Positions 1 to 12,588 of a DNA stretch of 64,000 nt are shown here, piece after piece. The stretch covers positions 1,798,001-1,862,000 of the forward strand of contig CM022679.1 in assembly GCA_012295275.1 (NCBI GenBank), read 5' to 3'. The translations under genes and the position numbers were made by a program. Numbering within the stretch: the stretch's first letter is position 1; the number at the start of each line of letters is the position of its first letter. The notes below the pieces were generated by a model. That model was not told where the DNA came from, did not search any database, and was given only the letters and a program-made list of their open reading frames with translations. The DNA is from Chrysomallon squamiferum. Its lineage: Eukaryota; Animalia; Mollusca.

Positions 1-3000
1 GGTATGCATGGATGTAAGCCAATAACAGAAATTATATCTACCGTTAGTGGAGAAAAAGCAACTGAAAATGACTTTTCAACGCCAGATTACTGGGGCAAAA
101 ACATTCGAAATCCAGTTTTGTTTGGCAAAGCTGTTGTAAATGCTACACAGAAGGAAAAGTTCAACATATTTGTTGAAATAGGACCAAAACCAGTGTTAGG
201 TAATAACATTGCCGATTTGTTTACCGATGAAAATGTTGTGTCTGTTCCTTCTATTTGCTTTATGGAAAGCATTGGCAAACTCCATGAACATGGATTTAGC
301 CTTAACTGGCAAAAACTCTATGACAAATCACAGAAGAACTCTGCTTCACCCAAATACACTTTCTCTAGAAATAAATGTCTTCACATATCCGATGAGAAAA
401 CACAGGAACTGATGGGCATGGAACCCTGTAATAATTTACATCCTTTTCTGATGACCATTGACTGCAGTTAGGAACACAAGATAATAGTCTCACCCAAGTC
501 AATACCCAGTGTTTACGAACACAGGTTCTCAGGAAGAATTCTGATTCCTGGAGCTCTTTACGCAGAAGCAGGCTTTGCTATTGCAAAACATCATTTCAAA
601 GAAACTGAAACAACCAGCGTTTCTGTCAAATTCAAACATCCTGTGATTCTTCAGACAGGACGCACTGAAGAACTTGATGTTTATAAAAATGTCTCTGAAG
701 AAGCCATACAGTTTGTAGTTGAGAAAAAGGGTAATAAATTTGTAGAAGGAACAATTGAGAAAAGAGAACTTTATCCAGACATTACAGTAGATATTCAGAA
801 TGTGAAACGGATATGCACAGCGTGTCTAACAAAACAAGATATCTATGAAAATCTCCAGGATATTGGAATGACATTTGGAAATGTACTTCAGCTATTAGGA
901 GATTCGGTTAGAAATGACACAGAAGTCTTATCAGTCTTGATTTTGAATTCCGATATCAAACAGGAAATGAAAGAAACCACAATGCATCCTGCAGTTTTGG
1001 ACGCAATGCTTCAGACTACAGGCGCTTTTCACCAGAAAGATGCAGAGAAACAGAAGTCACTCCCAGTTCAAATAGAAGGCCTCAGGATCAGGAAACGTGT
1101 TGAAGACAGAATGCTAGTGTATACAAAAATTATCAAACAAACTGACATCTTCAAGCAATTTCACATAAAACTGCTTTCTGCTGATGGAAGTGTTCTGGCA
1201 GAAATAGGCAGATTTATTACAAAAGCTCTGGGTTCACAGGCAGAGGAACTGTTATTTCAGATGAAATGGATGCCTACTGCAAAAATCAAAACATCAGAAG
1301 TTCATACTGATTCAAACAAGAAATGGCTTATTGTCATTGACAAAAATCAAAGGGAAGCATTATCCAATAAATTGGGTGCAGAATACGTAGAAACAGATAA
1401 TGCAGATAACGATTTCATTCAGAAACTTCAGATCAAATCCAAAGCTATAGAAGCAGCTACTGCAATACTTTTCTTGTGTCCCCAAGAAATATTAGATCAG
1501 TCAGAAGGCCAATTCCTTAAGCCAATTCTCAAGCACTCAATGAAACTGCAGAAACTTGTCAAACATCTCAGCAATACGGGAAATACAAACATTCCTCTCT
1601 TTGTAATTACTCAGAATGCTGTACATGTGACAAATAGCATTTCCATAAATCTTGTGGGTGCGTCACTTTGGGGTTTGTTTAGAACAGTGATAAGAGAGCA
1701 AATATGTGATAAAGCTGTCATTGTTGACATCCATTCAAATGAAAAAAGTTCTTTTCTGATGTTAACAGATGCTACAATAATCCATCTTCTTAAGCAAGAC
1801 AACAGAGACGGTCCTAATGAATTTGTTGTTGAGGAAAATACCATCTGGTCTCAGCAAATAATTCCAAATGAAGAAATGCCATTATATCGAAATAATCGGT
1901 CAGATGAACTCTGCAAAGCCAGTTTGTATGTAGAAAATGAAGACATGTCTAAACCACATCTCCAGTATGATGATCAAGAAAGAAAAGGTTCACATGAAGA
2001 TGATACAACGGTATTCGTAACCAGTGTTGTGATACACAGTTCATATTTATTTCCTCTCTTTGTTCCAACAGATGATTCATCAAACGTAATCACTCTTGAA
2101 GCATCTGGGAAAATAACCACAGCAAATAAGGAAAAACACAAAATAGCATTCTTTTATCCATGCAAAGTGAGTACACTGACAAGAGTACCAGCACAAAGCA
2201 TTATTGAAGTCAGTCAAATACCATGTTATACACTTGGCCTTTTAACTAAACTTATGTTGCTCTGGCAACATCTTGTGCATATGCACCGTGACAATGGTGA
2301 GATGGTAGTATGCATTCTCTGTTCAAAAGCATCTCGAAATGTCACAAACGCTCTCCTCCTGATGCTTGAGACAGAAGCAAGAAATATCGTCATTGAAACA
2401 GCTGATATTGACAGCACAATTTCTGTTCAGAACATGTTTGAAAAAAAAATTATCACCACCATTGAACTGAACAAACGAGTCATAGAAAATACATCTAAAC
2501 TATGGCCATTTGCTAAATGCCTGGTTTGTTTAGATCAATTATGTCCAAGATATGCTGAGATAGAACTTCGTAACCAGAATCCAGAATTGCAGATTAACAT
2601 TGTCAGATCTTACGATATCTTCACTCATACCTCAACTGTGGAGAACATGCCTACCTTAAAGGCATGGATTAAAAACAATCAGGATGTTGTCCAGAAAATA
2701 TCGGAGATTCTTCAAAACGTCACTGAACAGTCGAGTAAAACTTGTTTTGGACAAATGATGGAAAGCTCAGTGCTGCATTTATCTAATGACAACAGATTGA
2801 TGACTGTGCGTGCATCCGAAGAGTCACTACTTCGATCAGATGGAATCTACATTGTAGTGGGTGGTCTAACAGGTCTTGGCTGGGAATCTGTCCGATTTCT
2901 TGTACAAAGAGGTGCTGGCGCAGTCGTCACAATAAATCGAAGAATGGTGCAGAGGGAAAAAGTGGTTGAAATAGAAAAGCTTGTAAAAGCACATAACTGT

Positions 3001-5400
3001 CAGATTATCACCCTCCAGGCAGATGTTACTAATATTACATCGTTAAAGAACGCTCTGAGTGAAGTTGACTATACATTTCCCTCAAAACTGCTAAAAGGAG
3101 TCATCTTTGGTGCGGCTGTACTTGATGATATAAAGTTTCTCGAAATGACGCAAGAATCATTTGAAAAGGCTGCTTCTCCCAAAATACAAGGTACTTGGAA
3201 TATGCATCTTCTTACACAAAACAAACCTCTTGACTTTTTTATCATGCATTCCTCCATAACAGCAGTTTTAGGAAATCCAGGTCAGTCCAATTATGGAGCT
3301 GCCAATGCTTTCCAGGATTCATTAGCACACAAACGTAGACTGTCTGGACTTGCTGGTCAGAGTATTAACTGGGGACCTCTGAACCTTGGTTTGCTTCAAG
3401 ATAAACCTTCTGTTGTGGAAGCCTTGAGAAGCCAAGGATACATTCCACTTAGTATTGATGAAATACACAAGTGTCTTCTGGCCGCACTCATGCTGGACAA
3501 ACCTGCCATTGTGGCAGCCAAATTTAACTCGATTCAATTGTCCAACAGCATAATGAAGGAAAAGAACACAGCTCTGGAATTCAAATTAAGACCCATCATT
3601 GAAATACCAACATCAGAAATGACACAAAATACTACAATTAAAAGCAAACTAACTTTTGATCTAGAACACATTAAAGCGTCTGATCTTGAAACAAGACGTC
3701 AGTTAATTCAAGAGTATATCATTGAATTACTGGCAGATGTATTAAGCTGTGATAAAAGACTTATTGAACTGGATAAAGGAGTGGAAAACCTGGGAGTGGA
3801 CTCAATGCAGGCAATGACCTTCAGTAATCAAATATATCAAACATTTGAAATAAGGATCACATCAAATGGTCTACTGCAACAAAACCTCTCAGCTAATGAA
3901 ATTACAGACATGATTAACTCCAAACTGTTTATGGCAAATAAAACAGAAATACCAAACTTTTACTTGCCAGTTACGAAAGAGACACTTTCATATATGGAAC
4001 ATACTTTCTATAAGATGTACTGCAGAAATCCTGCTGATCCAAGTTTGTATTATGTCAATGAGATATTACTGCCTGTATCAGTAGCTGACCCAAAACTGTG
4101 GGAGAAAATAACCAATCAACTTATTTCACGACATGAAGTTCTGAGAACAACATTTGTGAAAGTACCAGCCACTGAAAACATTAGATGGAATGTAAAAAGA
4201 AAGATTTTTGACGATGGAATGAAACTAGACTTCAGAATATTGAAAGCAGACGATTCTGATGCGATAGAAAAGAACACACGAGAAGCTTTTCATTTGGAGA
4301 CCCAAGGTCCAGTTCGGTTTATTTTCATTCAAGGAGAAAAATGCCACCTCAGAACTGTTTACAACAGTATTTGTTTCGATATGCAAGGAGTTGCATCAAT
4401 TTTAAATGATATGGTGGATATCTTTCTTTTCTACAAACATAATATGCCACTATCTGATTTGAAAACTGTAGGAGGAAGTTTGATAGTGATTGAAATGGAA
4501 AAAGTGCTGCATGAAAGAGGTTTTCAACTGAAAGAATTTTGGAAACACTTCCTTGAAGAAGATATACCAGCGATTATTATAGGTAAAACAAGTCAGTCAC
4601 CTGAAGCAAAATCAGGCGTATACAAATCTCATAAAGAAACTGTACGTCCTGAACTCTGTGATGCACTGCGTAACTTATCAAAGACTAAAGGATTAACCAT
4701 TTACAGGCTAATTACCAGCATCTATCAACTGCTTCTACATCTCATCACCAAACAGGCCACAGTGGCAATTTCCACAACAGTAGATATCAAACAATACGTC
4801 CCAAATGCTGCTCATGCTGTTGGCCTTGGAACGAAATACATTCCTCTTGTTGCAAAATTTCCATCAGATAAAGTCAGTATTGAAGAATTTCTGAAAGTGA
4901 ACAAAACAGCTCTTCAGAACTCAGTTGATCATTGTGTGTGTCCCACAGATATCATTGGTGAATTGGTTGGTCCTGAAAAACTCAAAAACATTGTCAGAAA
5001 CAAGATTGTAATTGTTGAAGATGAATTTGTAGCACCTTTATTACAAAAAGCAGAAGATGCTGGATATGGGTTTGAACTAACGCAGTCAGGAGATCTGGGA
5101 ACCCACACAGAAACTCAGCTTAGTCTCTGGAACAGAACAAAATCAAAGCAAATGAGTCTAGAATTGATATATAATTCAAATAACATGTCCAGTGATTATG
5201 CGCAGAACATGATAAGTTTGATGTTGGAAATAGCTGATAAAATCACTACTGATAGTTCTGCAACAATCACAGATCTAAAGGAAATAGACCACGTTATAAA
5301 GTTTGATACATTTAAGAGAAGAAAAAAAAGACAAACAAAGCAAGTAAAACATGATATCGTGAAGAAAGGACGATGGCAAGCAGATCATTTTGACATATAA
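1..5400 (+). CDS. Type I polyketide synthase, 3' part (AT end-DH-psiKR-degenerate ER-KR-ACP-condensation-like domain); 5' end (KS) lies outside window; in-frame TAG at 469-471 so possibly a pseudogene/null allele
   Basis: ORFs 4..471 and 643..5400 are in the same frame and separated by a single TAG. Motifs: AT end YWGKNIRNPVLF and FVEIGPKPVL; DH HRFSGRILIP (520-549) and HPAVLDAMLQ (985-1014); KR YIVVGGLTGLG (2842-2880), LDD (3121-3129), SSITAVLGNPGQSNYGAAN; ACP LGVDSM (3790-3807); C-domain-like RHEVLRTTF (4129-4155), FHLETQGPVRF, YNSICFDM (4360-4383). Confidence 0.93.
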
Positions 5401-5472
5401 CTAATCTGTTATAGTACAGACTGTTTCATCCTGATAAATGGAAAAAAGTCTTTAGCAATTTTATATTTGAAA

Positions 5473-5478
5473 AATAAA
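5473..5478 (+). promoter_or_regulatory. Candidate polyadenylation signal of the PKS gene
   Basis: AATAAA about 70 nt after the TAA stop at 5400; AT-rich context makes chance occurrence possible. Confidence 0.35.
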
Positions 5479-5980
5479 AGCAATTAGTATAATTTTATGT
5501 ATGATTGCATCACTTTTGGTGATATAACTAAAAAGAAAGTATATTACTGAAAGCTACTGTTCTTGTAAATAGTATACTACAGTGATATTGTCTCAGTTTT
5601 GTAATCGATTAAACCAGCTTACAACCATAATTTATTTTTATCAAAAACGTTTCAGCTGCAGCCTTTCAAAACTATTACATTGAAATAGTTTTAAAATTCA
5701 AATAACGTGAAGCAATTTATACCTTTTATACAAAATATAGTACATTCATAATCTGTATTCGTTATGCAGAAGTTTTAATTTAATTTCATTTGCCGCTAAA
5801 TGTTATTTGTTATTATTATGATTATTTTACATGGGAGAGTTGTTCAGTTTCTATTTGCGGGCCATCTGCAGCTGAATAAAATAATATTCATGGCTTTGAA
5901 AACAAATGATACAAATAAAATTATTATATATCTAAATTAATTATATATTGACACCTTATATATATATATATATATATATA

Positions 5981-6194
5981 TAGGGTGTCCACAAAATCTG
6001 GGTACATAAGGGATTAACACATACTTTTAAAATAAAATAGTTTTATTTAATTCTAATGTTAATAAATAATGTTTTCAATATGATTTCCATCACTTTCAAT
6101 GCATAATTCTTTAGACAGAGCCATCATTCGATCTGGTAAGAAAAATAATATAAATAAATAACATAGTAAAATTCCCCATGTACCCAGACTTTGT
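5981..6194 (-). mobile_element. Internally deleted Tc1/mariner-type DNA transposon (MITE-like remnant)
   Basis: Inverted repeat ACAAAATCTGGGTACATAAGGG (5991-6012) vs CCCCATGTACCCAGACTTTGT (6174-6194); left end TAGGGTGTCC adjoining a (TA)n tract; minus strand 6103-6071 reads CIESDGNHIEN, resembling the Tc1/mariner transposase C-terminal CxxxxGxHxE motif. Confidence 0.7.
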
Positions 6195-6769
6195 ATAATA
6201 TATATAATTAATTAATTTTTTATTTAATTTTATTATATAACTTTTACAATTTTTATAAATACAATTTTTAGAAATTTTTATGACATAAGTGAAATGTAAA
6301 AAAAAAAAAAAGAAGAAAGAAAGAAAAAAAAAAGAAGTAGAGAGAGATAGTAAAATTAATGATTATTTTTATCAAAGTATTCAGGCACTTAATATAATAA
6401 TATCTTACTTTAAAGAAAAGAAAATAAGTAATCTTTTACACAGTCTAATTTATTAAGGTATACATATTTAAATGACAGAATATTGATTCAAGATTTATGT
6501 AAGAAAATTATCAGGCACAGTACATGATAATAAAAAAGACAGAAATGTTTTGTCATTTAAACATCTGAAGCATTGAAATATCTAATTCTGTGTGTTGTGT
6601 GCAATTTGTTACTGTATATATGTAACTAATGTCCTGAGTGATACTAGATTTACATTTGCATGTTCAGTTTCACTGAAAAACTCGAACAGATTATTAAGTT
6701 ACATTTAAGTCAAATTTAGTATTTGTGCACACACACAAAAATGTTTTGGTTTCTTTTTGTTTTTAAAGA

Positions 6770-6800
<31 letters not shown>

Positions 6801-8916
6801 AACGGGTTTTCTCTCCCTTGTTTTTTGTTTTCATTTCTTTCTTGATATTTGAAGGAATTTTGTTCTTCTTTTTTCTCTCTCTCCTTCGTTTGTTTGACTG
6901 GGGGGTTGTTGTTGTTTTTCTTTCTTTCTGGGGGGAGAATTGGTTTCTCTTCTAGATGTTTGAATAAACTGATGATTAAGTAATAGTTAATGTTTTTACA
7001 TTTTTGTTTGCTGTAAATGTAATTTATCAATCATAATTAAGTAACTTGTTTATTGTGAATGGAAGAGGAAAGGTGTCAATTTATAATATCAGTTAATTTG
7101 ATATCTAATCAAACTGTATCATGATCTTAGTGGGCTTTTTCTAAAACTGAAAAAAGTAATTGTAGACATGAAAAAAAGCAAAATATGGCTCTTGTTGATT
7201 AAAAACTAAATTTTTGCTGATCTTTAATATATTAACTAAATTCAGTTCTGTGACCTAAGCTGGTCTCACTAAAACAGTTTTTTTTTTTAAATTATGTTTT
7301 ATAGCTAAAATATATTTATAACTGAAATATTAATATTATTTAATAATAGTTATAGTTTAGCATATGCTTTGAGATAATGTAATGTTTTGCCTTTCTAATT
7401 TTGTTTGATTGTTTTTCTTTTTTGTTTCGTTTTAGGTTGTTTGGTTGTTTTATTTTGTGGGATTTCTTTTCTTTTTTCTTTTGTTAGTTTTGTTTTAGTT
7501 GTTTGTTTTAGCATATCAACTGTTGTTTAATAACCTAATGAAAACCTGACTACAGAAAACGTGTTACCTGATTAAAAAGACAGAATACAAAAGCAGAATT
7601 GCCAACTTTAATGATTTGGAGGTAAAAATTATATATTTACCTTCAAATTACATTATTATGTTCAATATGTAAAACTATTGTGTAACTGCCTATCCATAAA
7701 ATAGATGTCTATACAGCTAACTGCCAACTTAACAGTACATTCTACTATGTCTAAATTATGTTGTGAACAAATGGTGATACCATCTTTAAGGGTATTGAAC
7801 AATTTTGCTACAAACTCTAACACCCTTGATAATTCTCAACTCAAAAAATAAATACACATCTAAATGTTTTCAGTATTATGAAATAATTGTAGCCCTAAAT
7901 GCATTCCAAACCGCTGAACCAACGATTATGTTTCCTTGCAATCAGTGGTTCCAAGAAGCAATACAAGCTTAAATTCACTTTTGTTACAATCAAAAAATTA
8001 CAATTGCTAAGCGAATTTTGTGTTCAGTTCATTGCACTATTCCTTAAACTGTATATCACAGTATCCATTTAAAATAAGTAAACGAGGAACCTCTAACTTT
8101 AATACGAGAGTTACCCCATAAACAGAAATTATTACATTCAGCTTATTTTACTTCGATATTTTACCCTCTCACTTCAGTAAAACATGGTACCTCTGCCAAA
8201 GAGAAACTAAAACAATGACATGTCGAAAAGAGGAAGAAAGCAAAATGCTGATGTCTAAACTGTATTTCTTGATGCAGTAAAATCCATATCAATGTAAGCC
8301 AACTAAAAGGGCTCAAGTTATAATTTTTTTTAAATATCTAAATGAAACAAACACTGAATACATGATACATAGTTAATGATTAAAGTGAAATAAATATTTA
8401 GAAAGAAAATTTAAAAAAACCTAAAATGATTGAAAATTAAATTTAGAAATAAAAAGGGTCAATAAAAATCCTTGTCTTTCTATGATAAACATTTTTTGTT
8501 GTTGTTTGATCTGGTAAATATTTTCTGTGACTGTCAAAATAAAAATTAAATACTGTTACGATTTGATATCAATTTTGAGCTCATATTAGTTTAAGACTGC
8601 ACTAATTTGCTAGTAATATATTACTATTCTTAGAAAATGTTTTCCATTATTATTACTATTATTATTGCTACTATCATCAACACTTTTATCACCATTAGTA
8701 CTACTGCTACTACCATTACTGCTATAAATTATGTGAACACACAAACTTAGTTAAATTAGATGAGAAAAATAAAGTAAAATGATGTTGATGAAAAAGCGTT
8801 GTTGGATGGACTTATAAATTGCTTTAGATTTGAAATAATTGATGTAACAAAACCAGTTATCCTTTTACAATCATACTGACAAAAGTAACAAAGAAGCAGT
8901 AATAAAAAAATACTCC

Positions 8917-8917
<1 letters not shown>

Positions 8918-8988
<71 letters not shown>
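8918..8988. repeat. (TAA)n microsatellite
   Basis: Perfect trinucleotide run. Confidence 0.95.
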
Positions 8989-8989
<1 letters not shown>

Positions 8990-10124
8990 TAGTTCTATGA
9001 TTTGCAGATTTAGAGTTTTGTATTGTGAGATGAGTCTTTATAGTTTTGATTTATTACTTTAACCAGTGTGGAAAATATTTTTAGACAGAATAAAAAAAAT
9101 GTATAATAATTCTATGGAAAGTTGTTATTTATTTGTATTTGTTACAAAAGTAACTTGAAAAAGTTATCTGGGAACAAATGATGATCAAAGCAGAGAAACA
9201 GATACTAATTATTAATAATTTAGAATAATTAAGAATAATTTAAATCACATTGAAATGAATTATTCACCAACATTATTAAATAATTTTCTATTTATTACTA
9301 TCTAGGCGGCTTCTTTTATTAATAATGTTCAAGTATAAGTAAAATTTATATGAAACAGAAAATTGATAAAGGCCAAAATGTATTTATTTTCATTATATGA
9401 ATTGAACCCAATGTACACAGTGCAACGTTTGACCTTACATTATTCTTAAAATAATAAATAACATTACTTCCTTTAAATTTGTATTCAGCGTATCTTGAAC
9501 TCTTGTAATTATATCAAATTTCTTACTTTCTGCTGCACACACACATTTTGAACTAAATGTCACCTCTCTGCTGAACTAAATACACTGTATTGAAATTAAT
9601 TTTTAAGTGTTATAAACAGAATTGTGTTTTTCAGTATGTGAAGACATTGCAGACGGCAAATTATATTCCATACATATAAAGACAGAACTATCACAATACA
9701 AGACAAAGAATAAATATTCGTGTCAGTGAAGATATAGGGCTTAATTATAATTTATGCATCTAAATGTTTATTATTCATGCATGAATTATGTATTATAAAA
9801 GTGATTAATGACAAAATATTCAAATATAAACAATAAATTTATTAACAAATAAATTACAGAAGAAAACTACATCTTAATATTTTTTTTACTTAATTATGAT
9901 ACTGACATGCACTTTGAACATAAGGTTTAAACATCAATTGCACAATTAATTTCATTGAATGGTAGGATCCTTTTTTTTTTTTTCGTTTTTCTTTTTATCT
10001 TACATTTTGACAAAGATTTCGTTGTCAGTCCGAAAAAGACTGTTGTTGTGTAAACATTCACAAAGTCGAAATGACAGGAAATAAATAAATCCACAAAACT
10101 ATGATGCTGTCTTGAAAACATTCC

Positions 10125-10125
<1 letters not shown>

Positions 10126-10210
<85 letters not shown>
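10126..10210. repeat. (GA)n microsatellite
   Basis: Perfect dinucleotide run. Confidence 0.95.
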
Positions 10211-10212
<2 letters not shown>

Positions 10213-10592
10213 CATATTAGTTTTCCACTAATTGTTAATACGTATTAATAAAGTATAAAAGTCATATGGTGAAAACAAACAGTATTAATTCAAATCTTTT
10301 CGATCTCAAGTAGAAATGCCTGTCGCTTTCAATGTTGTACTCGTGCTGCCACAGACACAAGTAATTTAATGTTAGAAGAAAATAAGAATCCAACGTTCAC
10401 TATAGCCAAAGGCCCAGTAGTGAGTGAAGTCTCATAAAATAAGAAGTAACCAAAAAAATAATAATGAAAATAGATATTTGAAGTTGCTTCTAAACTAAAC
10501 ACATATGTTTGTTCTTGTTTTGTTTTTGTTTTTGTTTTGTTTTTTTCTTTTTTTCACTCCTAAATGAAATGACGTTCAAAATGCTGAATTAA

Positions 10593-10730
<138 letters not shown>

Positions 10731-11424
10731 AGATTTAAAAGGTTTCCATCATTTCCATGGAGACAGTTTGTAGATGGCTTTTTAGAACAAACAAAATTTT
10801 AGTATGCAAGTTTGATCTAAAGAAGCTGGATGCCAAGTAGAGTTTGGCCTCAGAGTACAGGCTCAAAAGTTATATTACACTCTGTATTCCGAGTAACCAT
10901 CGTGCTGTGGTGTCATCCATTCAGTCGTTCATTCTGAATAATCGCATACGTATTTTATACAACAGACGATTTTTTAACAATGAATTCAAAGGAAAAGAAG
11001 AGAACATTACAAGAAAGTCATTGTTAAATGCATAGTACAATAATATAACTGTTACCTCATAATTTTTATTATATTGAAGGACAAAATTAAGTATATCAGT
11101 GATCAATACAATACAAAATGTCCAAATAAATTATGGGCTGTTCCGACAGAAAGTTAGATACATCTTTGATTTAATAGCCAGAAAAGCACTGGATGAAACA
11201 GAATGAAAATAATTAAGATTCACTAATAAAAACATTTTATTCTAGGTTATGGAATACCTGCTCTTAAATAGGAGTTTATATTTGAAAATGTCAGTTTAAA
11301 AAAATAATTAGTTTACCTGAATTATTTCTCAGAAATCTACATGTTCTTCATTTCCCAAGATGTATTACTTGATTTAAAGCTACTTTGAAGCCTTACTTAA
11401 CATAACCTTTATTTATACTGTCAA

Positions 11425-11459
<35 letters not shown>

Positions 11460-11505
11460 AAATGAAACAAAATGTGTTCACTATTAGTCAACTTGATTAC
11501 TTGCA

Positions 11506-11543
<38 letters not shown>

Positions 11544-11617
11544 GAAATAATATATGTGTGTGGGTGTGTGTTAAAGTAATCAAGCTGACTGTAATAGTGA
11601 ACACATTTTGTTTCAAG

Positions 11618-11718
11618 ATCGATGTTTCATGGAGGAACAGTGACAGTACAGTGTAATAGCAGCGTGTTGCTATGGAGCAATGTATGGTTACCAAGGCGTC
11701 TATACCAGTAATTATGAG
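11618..11718 (+). pseudogene. ADP-ribosylarginine hydrolase pseudogene fragment (orphan exon 10, frameshifted)
   Basis: Matches exon 10 of copies A (21018-21120) and B (29266-29368), SMFHGG.SDST...CCYGAMYGY, with AG/GT ends but two single-base deletions (GGAGGAACAGT, AGTACAGTGTA); flanks ~11190-13220 are paralogous to ~28965-31850; exons 1-9 and most of exon 11 are absent. Confidence 0.88.
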
Positions 11719-12505
11719 GTGTTTATAAAAAAAAATTCAGTGGAACAATTTCAAATTAAATTCTCAACCTATTTTTAGGGTGTTTCTTTTTTGCGGGGTG
11801 GGGGGGCTTTTGATATATGAAATAGCTGAGAATGTCGACACAAGAGACTCAGTCTGAGAATGCTGACATTTACTTCAACCACCATTTTACCTTAACAATT
11901 AGGTTTACATTTATTTCATGCATTTTTTATATATTTTAGTTTATTAGTTTACATTCTAAAGTATGTTTGAACTTTCGGAAAAGTTGGTATATTATTATGG
12001 AAAAGGTGCTATATGAATATGGTGTAATAATAACAATAAGAGAAACCGACTGACAATGTAAGAGGAGAAAGTAAGTGTGAGAATGAAATACTGTGTAATT
12101 GTAGAATAAATTAAGACAATAAAAATCGTGAGTTCACCATTCACAAGAAGTCAGAAGAAAAGAGGATAAAAAAGACATTAACTAAAAAACTGCAAACACA
12201 GAGATTTGTAGAATAACAAAAATTCAAAAATTTTAAAATCAAAACAAAACCATAAAAATTCAAATAGGTTACATTTTCAATTAACCGTCATATGACAACA
12301 TAAAATATTCAAAAGTAAATGAAAGCTGGTGCACACAGCTAAAGACTTGTTAGTTTTCTTGTGTGGCTTTTGTATTACTCTACAGCATTTATATAACAAA
12401 TATAAACATCTGCTGGTCAGAAATCTACATTTTGACAATATATTTGTGCTGGTTTGTTTCTCCTTTTTTCATTTCCAGTAATTTTGTTATGTTAATAATC
12501 TGTAT

Positions 12506-12507
<2 letters not shown>

Positions 12508-12579
<72 letters not shown>

Positions 12580-12588
12580 CTGTGTGTG
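12508..12588. repeat. (TG)n microsatellite
   Basis: Direct inspection. Confidence 0.95.

Noticed and set aside
469-471. Selenocysteine or pyrrolysine recoding of the PKS stop
   Set aside because: Codon is TAG not TGA, animals lack pyrrolysine, and no known readthrough context is evident.
7780-8320. Possible DNA-transposon remnant starting TTAAGGGT
   Set aside because: No matching inverted terminus or coding relic could be identified.
10740-11035. Coding-like, higher-complexity patch and 63-aa ORF
   Set aside because: Stops in all frames and no recognisable motif.
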